From the NCBI RefSeq assembly GCF_001194135.2, contig NC_068998.1, positions 47,072,494 through 47,136,493 of the forward strand: DNA of 64,000 nt, read 5' to 3'. The DNA is from Octopus bimaculoides. Taxonomy: Eukaryota. This document shows positions 1-13,215 of the stretch, one piece after another; the first letter of the stretch is position 1; the number at the start of each line of letters is the position of its first letter. The notes below the pieces were generated by a model. The model did no database searches. It saw only the letters and a program-made list of their open reading frames with translations, and was not told where the DNA came from. A program made the position numbers and the translations under genes.

Positions 1-2632
1 TACTCTCCTCAGTTTTGTCTATTTTGAGTTTCTGTTTTATTCTCTATGTACTTGCCATACTGTACTCTCTGAAATTATGAGGGGGTAAAGTCAACTGCAA
101 ATGATTTCTTTTATTTGCCACAGTGGCACAGGTGAGGGGGGGGGGTCAGTATAGCTGATTGACTTAATTAGTATTTTATTTCCTCAATCCCAACAAGGGA
201 CGAAAGGTAGAGTCAACACCCCAGGCAGAATTTGAACTCAGAATGTTAAAAAGACATAACGAAAAATGCCACAAGGCATTTTGTATGCTGCTCTGATGTT
301 ACCACCACCCTAAATAACAAGAACAACAAGAACAAGAACAAGAACAACAACAACAACACATTAATAGGTTCATGCACAGGAAAAAAAAATCAATGTGCGC
401 ACATACACACACACACAAAGTCAGTTTGCTGAAAACATCTCGGTGAGGTGAAATAATCTGTGCAGAAAATGCACAGCTTGCTGCAATATTGCACTAAACC
501 AATCTAACATGCAGAATTAAACAGCAAAAAAAAAAAAAAAGGTGAGGAGGGTTAAGGTCAGAGGTGAAACAAACAGTGTTAGAATGTACACAGTTTACAA
601 TAATCCCATGTCTACAACATACAAATCTACCCAAACTCACAAACTACCCGTTTTTTTTCTTTGTCATTGCAGACAGCAACAATAACAACAACACTTCTGA
701 CACCACTGCCTTCGCCTCCACTGAGTTTACTTCTCAATCCTGAGAGATGTTGCCAGAAAATTGTTAGAGGCTTGCTTAGAAAGCAAGCCATTACATCTGG
801 TGCAAGAAAGAGAGAGAGAGTGAGGATGAGTGGTGCAAATGATACTTTATTTTATCAACCTTGAAAGGATGGAAGGAGGCAAAGTTGACCTCGGCAGAAT
901 TTGAACTCAGAATGTAAACCCATAAGGACACACTAGATAATGTGGTCTTAGATATACTATATCTAAATAAAAAGCAGGATGGTCACAGTTGTAATAATTC
1001 TCATCATGTGTCATTTGATCTAGGGCAGACCTGGGACAAAATAACACAAAACCTATTAACCATCTTTAGAGCATATTATTTACTCAGAGTTGTAATTGGG
1101 AACTATTTTCTTACACACACATAAGTTTTAAACTAGTGTCATGGTAGGAAAAAATACACAAACAAAAACTAAACAACAACAAAAATGGTATAATGATTAA
1201 TGAAACTACATGCTGACTAATGATTAATCATGCCACATGCTGATTAAGACTGGAAGGACAAAGAGACAGACATGTAGCACGATGTAGGTATATACATACT
1301 GTTGCAATTGAATTAAGCTGAAATTAAACATCATATAAGATATTATTAAATATGTGAACAAGAAAGAATAACAACAACAACAAGAACTACATTATCATAG
1401 AAATACAACAGGAACCAAATCTATTCATTGCAATTCATTCTGAAATAATAATAATCTTCTGCAGACTTAATAACTGACAAACCATCACTCTTCCTCCTCA
1501 TCATCATCACCACCACCACCACATCATTTCAAGTTCACTCTTCCATGCTTGCAAAGATTGGATGGAATTAGTTGAGACAGGTTTTGAATGGCTGGATGCC
1601 CTTCCTATTGCCAACCCTCATCTGTTTCCAAGTAAAGTAATATTATGCAGAAGGAAGCAGTTTTGCTGATAAAATCATCCCTTGTATGTTACTGGTACTA
1701 ATCAATTTTAGCAAAATTTTAAATCAATGACCATGGTGGCAAAATTTCATTGTGTTTTTCCGCCAAATAATATTTACATTTTCATATATACAGTAAAGAA
1801 ACATGAATGGATAGCTCAAAACATTGCTACACTCATTTTAATAAAGTGGTTATCTATTCAATAATATATAATAATTACAAGATATTACATAATTTAACAT
1901 TATTGTATAACCACCCCATTTCATCAGGCAATATAAATTCCTTCTTCAGATATCCCTGAAGAAGGAATTTTATTACAACAATTATTATAGTCCATTGTTT
2001 GTATTAAAGCACATTGTTGTGTCATTCAAAATATTTTATTCTTTATAAATTAGTCAGTTGGAATAATCTAGAATATTTAATTTCTTATTAGAGAGTTAAA
2101 GCTGACCAACAAGTAATGGCTAATTGGAGGCCTGTTAATGGAGAACCCTGTGTGCTCAGTATCAAGGTATGATATCACTGTATTGATCAGACTATCAGAT
2201 GTTGTTATACACCACTAGTCACAATATGCTTCCAATCTTTTCTTGATCATGCCCTTTTCCGTCGGGGCCCAAATAGTTTAACTACACCGTCTCCTCATCG
2301 ATGTGGAGGTCTTCTCCCAAGTGGCCTTTTCTGATCTTTTGGATGCCAGTCAGCAAATGCACATCCACCTGTTGTTTGTGGACTTTGCGAAATGTCCGGG
2401 CCAGTGGAACTTATGCTTTCAATTTCTTCAATCACATTCATTCCGCTCCGTTCTTGAATGATCATATTTTGGATATGCTTTTGCAATGATAAACCTACAT
2501 AGCAGACATACAAATATGAAAAATTGTACCCATTTCTTCATAGACACACACGCACACACACACACACTTTATCTTCTCAATGGTCAAACACAGGTTGTTA
2601 AAGAAAATGAAACAAAGGAAGTGACCCTTTAC

Positions 2633-2753
2633 CTGGCTGATAACTTGTTTTTGGCGATCATTCTCTTTGCTAAGTTCCTCGATCTGTTGGCGCAGATCTT
2701 GTTCAAGGTGTTTGGATTTCTTCTCAGTTTCCTGCAATTGGTCTTCCAGTAAT
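2633..2753 (-). CDS. Myo5: Myosin V medial-tail exon: LLEDQLQETEKKSKHLEQDLRQQIEELSKENDRQKQVISQ
   Basis: ctacag acceptor, CAG|gtaaag donor; 121 nt, phase 2-0; homologous to LLESQLQ...LKEENNRQQQLLAQ; phase matches the donor at 43993. Confidence 0.93.
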
Positions 2754-3352
2754 CTGTAGAAAATGGAAATAGGAAGAAAAATAAATTAACAGAGGATTCC
2801 ACATGGATCATAACGCTGTGATACCATTATGACAACACTCTGTTATATCATTGCACTGTGGCGTCACAATGGTAACACTGCAATATCACGGCTCTGTGGC
2901 ATCACTTAGAGCAACACTGCACAGTGGCACAGCTGTAGGAACACTGCAACATAATGGCATCAATGCCTGGATGAAGACAATCAGTTTCTAAATGAATACA
3001 ATCAGTTTGTAAATGAATACATACATTATGTGTGAGTCTGTGTGTAAATATACACAGAAAGATGTGTGCACATTCATTTACACTAAAAAAAAAAATAATC
3101 TTGGTGAGAAAGTTACATATATACATAAAAAATTTTCTTTTGATGTTCAAATTCCAATGAAGGAGCCTTGGATATAAGCTAGAAACCAGCTTTCTCTATT
3201 GGCCAGAAATTTTTGAAATAAAACGGAACAATGACATACATATATTTATATGTATGTCATAAACACAAGATGACACCTACAAGCTTAACTTGCATCTCAC
3301 ACACATTCAAATATATACATATGAGAGGAAGAGATATGTGTCTGAACATGTG

Positions 3353-3387
<35 letters not shown>

Positions 3388-3456
3388 CTGAATGAGATAA
3401 CAAATCCAAGGCTGTGAGGAGTTTTCAGGACATTTATAATGAACTAGTCTTACAGC

Positions 3457-3490
<34 letters not shown>

Positions 3491-6400
3491 CATATGTACA
3501 CATATGCTTATAAAAATATGTATAATATAAACAGGTATGTATGTAACACTTGAGACCACATCTACATGTTTAATTAGAGTCACTCACACACACTGGTACA
3601 TATAAAATAAAATCAAAATTAGGTAGAACAAGGACAATGGAGTAAATTAGCAGTTTCCCTTGGGCATTTCGAAAATGAAAGTAAATATATTTGAAATAAA
3701 ATGGAAACAGGTAAGTGAATAAAGTAATTAAATAACACGAGAACAGAACAGTTTTGTTAATAAATATGAACTGTTGAGTCATATATATAGATATATATAT
3801 ATACGTGTGTGTGTGTGTATGTGGAGACAGAAGGAGAGAGAGAAAATAAATAACAAAAGACAAAATCAAATATAAAAATAACAAGAGACAGTATAACACA
3901 AATCAACAGATAAACAATCTGTTCCATCAATGAAGGGATATTGTGATTAAACATTGTAGCAAGACCATAGAATCCATTCTTCTGCCTTTATTATTCTCAT
4001 TGAGGTGCCAAGCTGGCAGAATCGGTAGCATGCCAGGAAAAATGTTCAGTGGCATTTTGTCCACCCTTACGTTCTGAGTTCAAATTCCACCGAGGTCGAC
4101 TTTGCCTTTTATCCTTTTAGGGTCAATAAATTAAGTACCAGTGAAACACTGGGGTTGATGTAATCGATTGGTCCCCTACCCCAAAATTTCAGGCCTTATG
4201 TCATTAATAAATAAGCTTATTATTATTATCATTATTATTTATTTCTTTACTGTCCACAGGGGGCTAAACATAGAGGGGACAAACAAGGACAGACAAAGGG
4301 GTTAAGTCGATTACATTGACCCCAGTGTTCCATTGGTACTTCTTTAATCGATCCCGAAAGGATGAAAGGCAAAGTCGATCTCGGCGGAAATTGAACTCCG
4401 AACGTAGCGATGGTCAAAATATTGCTAAGCATTTCGCCCCGCATGCTAACGATTCTGCCACCTCGCTGCTTTTTATTATTCTTATTATTATTACACACAC
4501 ATATGTATATCGGCCGAGCATGAATCTTTCATGAAGATGTTTACTCTCCAAACCATATGATTTTGGATTCAGTTCCTCTGCAAGGCACCTTGGTAATTGT
4601 CTTCAACTATAGCCCTGGACTGACCATAGCCAGTCATATGTGCATTTGTGTGTAGGTTGATGTGTTGCCCCGTAGGTGCCAATCTTGGTGAAACTCTACA
4701 GTTTTCACAGAGATATAAAACTTTCGGAAAAGTAAGAAACAAATGGAAAACGAAAGTAACTTTAAAAGAAATTGTAGAAATTCATTAACTGAATTAACAA
4801 TAATTAGTTAATTAATTAATCAATTAATAAGAAAGGTAAGTCAGAAAATATTCACAAATATATATATCTGAATTAAAAATGCAATGCAACTGTTTGATAT
4901 AGCAGGGAGAAATATCATGTAATGGTGGTAACCTGTCCTATATTATATTAAATGGTTGCTTGACTTATTAGAAACCTCATTCAACAAACCTATAATAAAA
5001 CAGTGTGCCAACCATGACCATCACAACAAATTATTTAATAGGTCCTTCCTTTTTCATTTAAGACAGTAATATCTGATATTGTTTCTACTACACGTCGCAG
5101 GCCAAGCAACAGCATAGGGGATCCACTAAATGGAAGTTGTTGACAGAAGGGACACAGAAAAGGGAGACTGGAATTGCAGTAGAGGAAGAGCTATGTTGCA
5201 GTTAAGCTGGGTTTGCCAAGCCAGAGACTCAATTTCCGGGTGAGGGCCACATCTGCACAAACCATGAATGTTTCAGTTTCATTGCTTTAATCCAGCACCC
5301 TTAACTCTCATCCCTAGCCTCATTGAAAAAGGGACAATAAATACATAATAATAATCCTTTCTACTAAAGGCACAAAGCCAGAAATTTTGGGGGAGGGGAC
5401 TAGTCGATTACACTGACCCCAGTGTTTAGTAGGTACTTATTTTATCGACCCCCGAAAGGATGAAAGTTGCCCTCAGTGGAATTTGAACTCACAATGTAAA
5501 GACGGGAGAAATGCCACTGAGCATTTTGCCCGGCGTACTAACGATTCTGCCAGCTTACTGCCTTTATATAATAATAATAATAATAATGATGATAATAATA
5601 ATAATAACAATACTGATATCAAATTTGGGCACAAGGCTGGTAATTTTGGGTAAGGGGGTAAGTTGATTACATCAACCCAGCACTTAACTGGTACGTATTT
5701 TATTGACCCCCCCCCCCCACACCAAAAGGATGAATGACAAAGCTGACCTTGGTGGAATTTGAACTCAGATCATAAAGAGAGAGGAAAGACCACTAAGCAT
5801 TGCTGCTGTAATGATAATAATAATAATAATNNNNNNNNNNNNNNNNNNNNNNNNNNNNNNNNNNNNNNNNNNNNNNNNNNNNNNNNNNNNNNNNNNNNNN
5901 NNNNNNNNNNNNNNNNNNNNNNNNNNNNNNNNNNNNNNNNNNNNNNNNNNNNNNNNNNNNNNNNNNNNNNNNNNNNNNNNNNNNNNNNNNNNNNNNNNNN
6001 NNNNNNNNNNNNNNNNNNNNNNNNNNNNNNNNNNNNNNNNNNNNNNNNNNNNNNNNNNNNNNNNNNNNNNNNNNNNNNNNNNNNNNNNNNNNNNNNNNNN
6101 NNNNNNNNNNNNNNNNNNNNNNNNNNNNNNNNNNNNNNNNNNNNNNNNNNNNNNNNNNNNNNNNNNNNNNNNNNNNNNNNNNNNNNNNNNNNNNNNNNNN
6201 NNNNNNNNNNNNNNNNNNNNNNNNNNNNNNNNNNNNNNNNNNNNNNNNNNNNNNNNNNNNNNNNNNNNNNNNNNNNNNNNNNNNNNNNNNNNNNNNNNNN
6301 NNNNNNNNNNNNNNNNNNNNNNNNNNNNNNNNNNNNNNNNNNNNNNNNNNNNNNNNNNNNNNNNNNNNNNNNNNNNNNNNNNNNNNNNNNNNNNNNNNNN

Positions 6401-7213
6401 NNNNNNNNNNNNNNNNNNNNNNNNNNNNNNNNNNNNNNNNNNNNNNNNNNNNNNNNNNNNNNNNNNNNNNNNNNNNNNNNNNNNNNNNNNNNNNNNNNNN
6501 NNNNNNNNNNNNNNNNNNNNNNNNNNNNNNNNNNNNNNNNNNNNNNNNNNNNNNNNNNNNGTTCTGCTCTAATGACAATGATAACAATAAATAGTATAAA
6601 GCCTGATAATAAATTACGGTGATGTTGTGGCATTCATCTTCATCTGCGTGTGTAGAAAAGTGAGAGTGGGTGGGGGGAGATAGATTTACCTTTCTTACAA
6701 CAGGCAAAACTAAAATACTTACTTCATGATATTTCTATATAAATCTCTTACATTTTCAGAAATTATTGTGTATCTGTGTAAATAAATATTAGAGGTACAA
6801 CAAGGAGGGAACAATTTACATGTGTGCGTGTGTGTGTGTATAAATACATACCTGCATTAATATATAATATACATACATACATACATACATTCATATATAT
6901 TATATTGATGCCAGACAGCACCGAGATATGTGGTCTGCTTTGGCATGGCTTCTACGGCTGGATGCCCTTGCTTATAACAACACACACACGTGCAGGCATG
7001 CTCACACACACACATGCGCATACATGTATGCTTGTGTGTGTGTGTGTCTTTGGGCTTGTCCCATACCCAATGCTTCACAACTGGTGTTGCTTCAGTAAAC
7101 GAAACCGGTAGACTAAGTACCGAGGCCAAGAGATATGTACTTGGTTCAATTTGTGCAATTGGTGCTCCAGCATGGCCACAGGCCAATGACTGAAACATGT
7201 AAAAGATAAAAAT

Positions 7214-7291
<78 letters not shown>

Positions 7292-8900
7292 CAACACACA
7301 CACATGCATGCATGCACATACCTATGTGCTGGTGTGTTTGTGTGTATGTCTGTGCATAAATATTCCAGATGACAAAGCTAATAGTTCAATATTATACACA
7401 TTATTATATGCACAATCCAAATAGACATTTTAACATTAAACATACACAGACACACACACATGTAAGAAAAGAACATGATGGAAAAATGAAACTCAGAGTA
7501 GCAACAGAATGAAACATTGACTTGGAAAAAAAAAAAAGAAAATGAATATACATCATCATCACCACTATCACCAATATCATCATCATTGTCATCATCATCA
7601 TTTCAGATCTAGTCTTCCAAGCTCACAAGTGATGGGTGGGTTTTCTCTAACAAAATATCACATACACACAGTCATACATGTGTATATATTCAGAAGGAAT
7701 GTCTTTGTGATATGTATATACATGTTTACAAATGTAAATTTAATATATGAGCATGTTCTTAAGATGATAATGATGATGATGAACATTATATATATATATA
7801 TATATATATATGTGGGTGTGTGTGCATATTATGTATATATGTGTACGTTATGTATATATGTACATGTTATGTGTGTCTGTGCATGTGAATGTGTATGCTA
7901 TGTGTGTGTCTATGTGCATGTTAGATGTGTGCATTTTGGGTGTGTGTGTGTGTGTGAGCATGTTGTGTGTACGTGTGTGGGTATGTGTGAGCATGTTAGA
8001 TGTATATAGGTATATATGTGTGTCTGCATTTTGTATCAGTGTGGCGGGTGCATGTTATGTGTGTGTATGTGAGAATATTATCTGTGTCAGCATTTTGCAT
8101 AAGTATGTGTGTGTATGCATGTGCGTGCGTGTGTGTGTGTGTGTCTGTGTGTGTGTGTGTGTGCACTCACACACGCGTGCCTGTAGATACAGTTCAGTTC
8201 AGTCACCAAGCCTTTTACTCTCTCGTACAACGATTCAGTGTGAAAAGAGACAGGACGAGATGCAACACTCACAACAACGATAATGACAATGATTGACAAT
8301 GATGGTGGTGATGATGATGATGATGATGCTATAGAGGGGGGCGGTGGGGGGGTGCTGCTGCTGCTTATGGAAATGACGACGACTACGATGATGATGATGA
8401 TGATGATGATGATAAGAGTGAGGACTAAGAGTATGAGGTTGGTGGCGATGATGAGGATGGAGGCGGCATGATGATGGGTGGTGGAAGGAGGAAAACAAAC
8501 GAAGGTAACGGTTACAATGAAGATAGAAAAGGTAATGGTGATGCTGATGATGGTGATGATGATGATGGCAGTAAAGATTTTGCCAAATATACAAATGCTT
8601 GATTAAAACAATGATGGTGATGGAATAAAAACAGATAAACAAATAAAACAAATAGATAAAATATATGTGGGAGAGGAAGCAACATTCGGTAACCGTTTCA
8701 GAAAGAGAAAAAAAAAAAAAGAAGATAAACGGAGCGAAATTAGAAATCAAATGTTTAAAATAATAAATAATAATAATAATAATAATGGGTTCTTATATTG
8801 GCCACAAGAGCCTGAGATGTTGGCAACTGTACATCAACATCAAAAAACACACAAAGGGGTGGGGGGGGTTTACATAGGTAAAAATGGGCAAACAACAACA

Positions 8901-8946
<46 letters not shown>

Positions 8947-9362
8947 TGATGATGATGAGAGGAAATGGACAACAACAACATCAACGACATCAACAGTAAA
9001 GGAATACAAGACTACTCACGTATATGAATAGGGGTGTATATTTATATATATATATATATATGTAAATATATGATTGTGTATATATATAAATATATATAGA
9101 AAGAGAGTGTGTATGTGTGTGTTGTGGAATGAGTGGGTTAATAAGAGGTTTTAGTAAATCTAGGGTCGAGGTAGCGGTTGCCCATTTTGCACACAAAAGA
9201 ATTGGTTTGTGTCAGACGGAGAGACTGAAGAAGACTGAAGAAGAGTCTGGTAAAAGGCAAGGGAATGAGAAAGAGAGTGAGAGAGAGGGAGAGAAAGGAG
9301 AGGGTGAAGACCACTTGGTAGAGTAGAATTCCCAATACTTACATGTTCATGTAACGATTAGT

Positions 9363-9394
<32 letters not shown>

Positions 9395-9759
9395 CTGCAG
9401 CAGCAGCGACAGCAGCAGCTAGTTAATTCTCCGCTGTTGCTGTCACACCTCCACAGTCAGTCCACAACATGTGTGTGTGTATATGTGTATACATACATAC
9501 ATGCATACAAACACACACACACACACATATATATATATATTATATATGTATGTGCGTTTGTGTGTGCATATATGTGTGTGTTTATATATATATATGTGTG
9601 TGTGTATATGTATACATATATATACATTAATGTGTATATATACATATATGTGTGTGTGAGTATATATACACACACATACACGTATATATGTATATACATG
9701 TGTGTGTGCATACACATATACACACACATATATGTATGAATGTGTGTGTGTGTGTGTAC

Positions 9760-9804
<45 letters not shown>

Positions 9805-10435
9805 TACACACACATTCATACATATATGTGTATACATACACATGTATATACATATATATGTGTATGTGTGTGTATATATATTGCCTCCGCTACATGTGTT
9901 TTGCGGCAAGAAAGACAGATGCGCATAAAGGAAGGTAGGGAGAAAAAAAAAGGCATAGAAGTGGTAGGGGTAAGGAGAAAATGGGGATGGGGGATTGTCT
10001 GTGATAATGCAAAAAAAAAACAAAAACAGGTAGAAAACAAAAAAATTGAGACCTTTGAAATCGCAACCACACACACACAAAACGAAAATTTTACAAAAAA
10101 AAAAAAAGAAAAAAATTGAAAAACCCCCAGAAAACAAAAGGAAACAATGCATGAATGTGTATGTGACATGTATAAGAATTGAACCTATGATGATCAGGAT
10201 GATATCACATACATACAAATATATCTATCTATCTCTATATATGTATATATATANNNNNNNNNNNNNNNNNNNNNNNNNNNNNNNNNNNNNNNNNNTATAC
10301 ACACATACACAAACACGGATAAATATTTTGTTCATCTTGAATTCACTTGTTTGGTGGTTGAGGAAGAAGTGGAAAAAAACAGCGGGGGTGCAGTGTGGGG
10401 GTGTTACTGCCATGGTGGTGGTAGTTGTGGTGGTC

Positions 10436-10494
<59 letters not shown>

Positions 10495-11136
10495 GGTGGT
10501 GGTTTTAGTAACTGATGATGGTGGAAGTGGTGATGGCTGTGGTTGTGGAGGTAGTTGTAGTTATGATGCCTAGTGGTGTTTATGGTGAGGGTGGTGGTGA
10601 TGCTGATGACGGTAGTGGTTGTGGTGGTGGAGATGGGGCTGGTAGTGGTAGTAGCAGTGGTGTTGATGGCAGGGTACTGGTTGTGGTAGTGTGGTCCTTG
10701 TGATGGCAATGTTAATGGTCATAGTGCTGATGATGATTGTGGTGTTNNNNNNNNNNGGTGTTGATGGCAGGGTACTGGTTGTGGTAGTGTGGTCCTTGTG
10801 ATGGCAATGTTAATGGTCATAGTGCTGATGATGATTGTGGTGTTGTTGTTGTTGTTGGTGGTGGTGGTTATCCAGCATCAACATCCTCCCTCCCTACTCC
10901 AAGGCCTCCAGTTTATACTCAAGCGAAATAACGGTTGAGAGCTGGAATTGAACCCATGACATGAAGAGAATCCCATCTTGTACAAAATATTTGTCAGTGT
11001 GTGTCACATCTTTATTCTACATTGCCCCCCACCACCACTAAAAACACCAACCGAACATCCTCAAATCACACTTTTGTTATCTTAACAAAGATCTACAAAA
11101 TACAGGCTGGTCAAAGCTGTAAGATCTTTGACCATC

Positions 11137-11303
11137 CTGTACTTTCTGGCACACAAGCCAATGTAGGGTGTAGCGCAAACCACACCATCACCATCTTTCC
11201 AAGTCCTGCTGCATTTCACATGGAATTTTCAGCCTTACAAAGTCATCTTGGTGCATAAGTCAACCTAAGTTGTTTTGTCTGGCTTGTATGCTGGAAAATA
11301 CGG
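11137..11303. mobile_element. MITE with CCGTATTTTCCAGCATACAAG-type TIRs (Tc2/pogo-like)
   Basis: Imperfect ~22-bp TIRs, TA at the right end; internal sequence homologous to 41275-41463. Confidence 0.7.
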
Positions 11304-12473
11304 TAAGTCTGCAGAATCAAGGCAGATGTGGGGCTAAGCAACAACGCCTTATGATGATGAGGAGGATGACAATAATGGCGAAAACGGTGATGTTGATGAT
11401 AATTATGCATCGATGCCTTACACATTGGTAAACTGTAACTCCCAACATATCCCATTTATTTTCGTTCACTTCCATTGGTTCTCTCTCATCTTCCTTCCCA
11501 CTTCATTGCTCTATTGGAATTCTTTATCATCCTTTGGCCAAAACCAATTTAATCATCAACCAACCCAAACAGCATCGCTCTCTGAAAATGATTTTGTCCA
11601 TAAGACAACATCAATAGCAATAACCAACCAATTCTGTCTGTCTGTCTCTCTCTTCCTCCACCTCTACAGCAGAGACATGATTCATCATCATCATCATCGT
11701 CGTCGTCATAGTCATCATTGGTTAACATCTGACTAGGCTTGTGTGTGTGTGTGTATGTGTGTGTGGTGTTCGTGTCTTGTCCTGGTGTTTCATATCAGTT
11801 TTGGAATGGTTTCTATGGCTGGATGCTGTTCCTAACGCTAACAACTTGAAGAAGCAATTTTATTTTATTTTTTTTTTTAGTTTTTCACTCAACTAATAAA
11901 AGACCCCCTAACCCTCACTCCATGCCTGCTCTTCCTTCACCTTCTATCACTCTGTCAACTAGAACACTTTGAAGTAAGAAACAATACAAACGGTCTTATT
12001 AAACAGTAACTGGAATGGAATTACTGTCTCAACAAAACACCATTAGCATTGTCAACACAATCATCATCATCACCACCACTACTACCATTTCCTTCATAGT
12101 TCCACAGAGGGAGGCCAGTCTTTGAGATGCAGTTCTTGTTATGTTAAGGATGTGTGGGCACCAGGAAAGACACACACTGATGGTGAGGGCTAGAACTTGA
12201 AGAGGCTTTGAGGGAGGGGGCTATTTGTGCAGCTGCAGATGTTTGTTGTATGCATAAAGAGAATCGAGTGAGTGGTTGGTACCACGTTTGTTGGAGAGAG
12301 AGACAGAGAGAGAGAGGGAGGTAACTGGTACTACTACATATGTTGTAGAGGGATAAAAGGGGAGAGAAAGAGGTAGGTAGTTGGTACTACAAGTCTGCTA
12401 CAGAGAGATGGAGGTAGTTGGTACCCAGCTCTGTTGCAGAGAGAGAGAGAGAAAGAGAGAGGTGGTAGGTCTT

Positions 12474-12592
12474 GCTTACGGCCATATCACGTTGAGAGCA
12501 CCGGTTCTCGTCCAATCCCCGAAGTTAAGCAACGTCAAGCCTAGTTAGTACTTAGATGGGTGACCGCTTGGGAAACCTAGGTGCTGTAAGCG
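12474..12592 (+). pseudogene. 5S rRNA copy (likely retroposed pseudogene)
   Basis: 119 nt GCTTACGGCCATATCACGTTG...GTGCTGTAAGC. Helix I (GCTTACGGC/GCTGTAAGC), ACGTTG/CAACGT and GCCTAG/CTAGGT pair. Box A AGTTAAGC is present. Followed by A8 rather than a T-run terminator. Confidence 0.9.
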
Positions 12593-12602
12593 TAAAAAAA
12601 AG

Positions 12603-12940
12603 TGATGGTGCATGGCTCAGTTGTTAGAGCGTCAAACTAACGACTGTGAGGTTGTGAGTTCGAATCCTGGACCGGGCTGTGAGTTGTGTTCTTGAGCAAG
12701 ACACTTTATTTCACATTGCTCCAGTTAACTCAGCTGTAGAAATGAGTGTTGACGTCACTGATGCCAAGCTGTATCGGCCCCTTTGCCTTTCCCTGGGATA
12801 ACATTGGTGGTGTGAAGAGGGGAGGCCGGTATGCATGGGCAACTACTGGTCTTCCATAAACAACCTTGCCCGGACTTGTGCCCGGCAGGGTAACTTTCTA
12901 GGTGCAATCCCATGGTCAGTCATGACCGAAAGGGGTCTCC
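12603..12940 (+). mobile_element. tRNA-derived SINE, family B
   Basis: Pol III A/B boxes (TGGCTCAGTTG, GTTCGAATCC); near-full-length match to 23523-23859 and 50106-50443. Confidence 0.85.
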
Positions 12941-13101
12941 ATATATATAATGTGTATATATATATATAATGTGTGTATATATATANNNNNNNNNNNNNNN
13001 NNNNNNNNNNNNNNNNNNNNNNNNNNNNNNNNNNNNNNNNNNNNNNNNNNNNNNNNNNNNNNNNNNNNNNNNNNNNNNNNNNNNNNNNNNNNNNNNNNNN
13101 N

Positions 13102-13133
<32 letters not shown>

Positions 13134-13184
13134 CATGTGTATATATATATATATATATATATATGTGTATGTAAATATATGTAT

Positions 13185-13215
<31 letters not shown>

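Noticed and set aside
2301-2460. Plus-strand HLLFVDFAK resembling a LINE RT motif
   Set aside because: No AFD continuation or other RT motifs; probably chance
5759-6707. Long ORFs of 250-466 aa here and at 15466, 20846, 22595, 28773, 35335, 44149 and 45262
   Set aside because: They consist mostly of X from N-gaps and have no coding evidence
9437-10218. YI/CV/HT-repeat ORFs (also near 6857, 7810, 21967, 33406)
   Set aside because: Translations of (TA)n and (CA)n microsatellites
10660-10843. Direct duplication flanking a 10-N gap
   Set aside because: Identical sequence on both sides of a tiny gap is a typical unmerged contig overlap (assembly artefact)
12474-12592. Functional 5S rRNA gene
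   Set aside because: Solitary, no T-run terminator, A-tail, and substitutions at positions usually conserved; called a pseudogene
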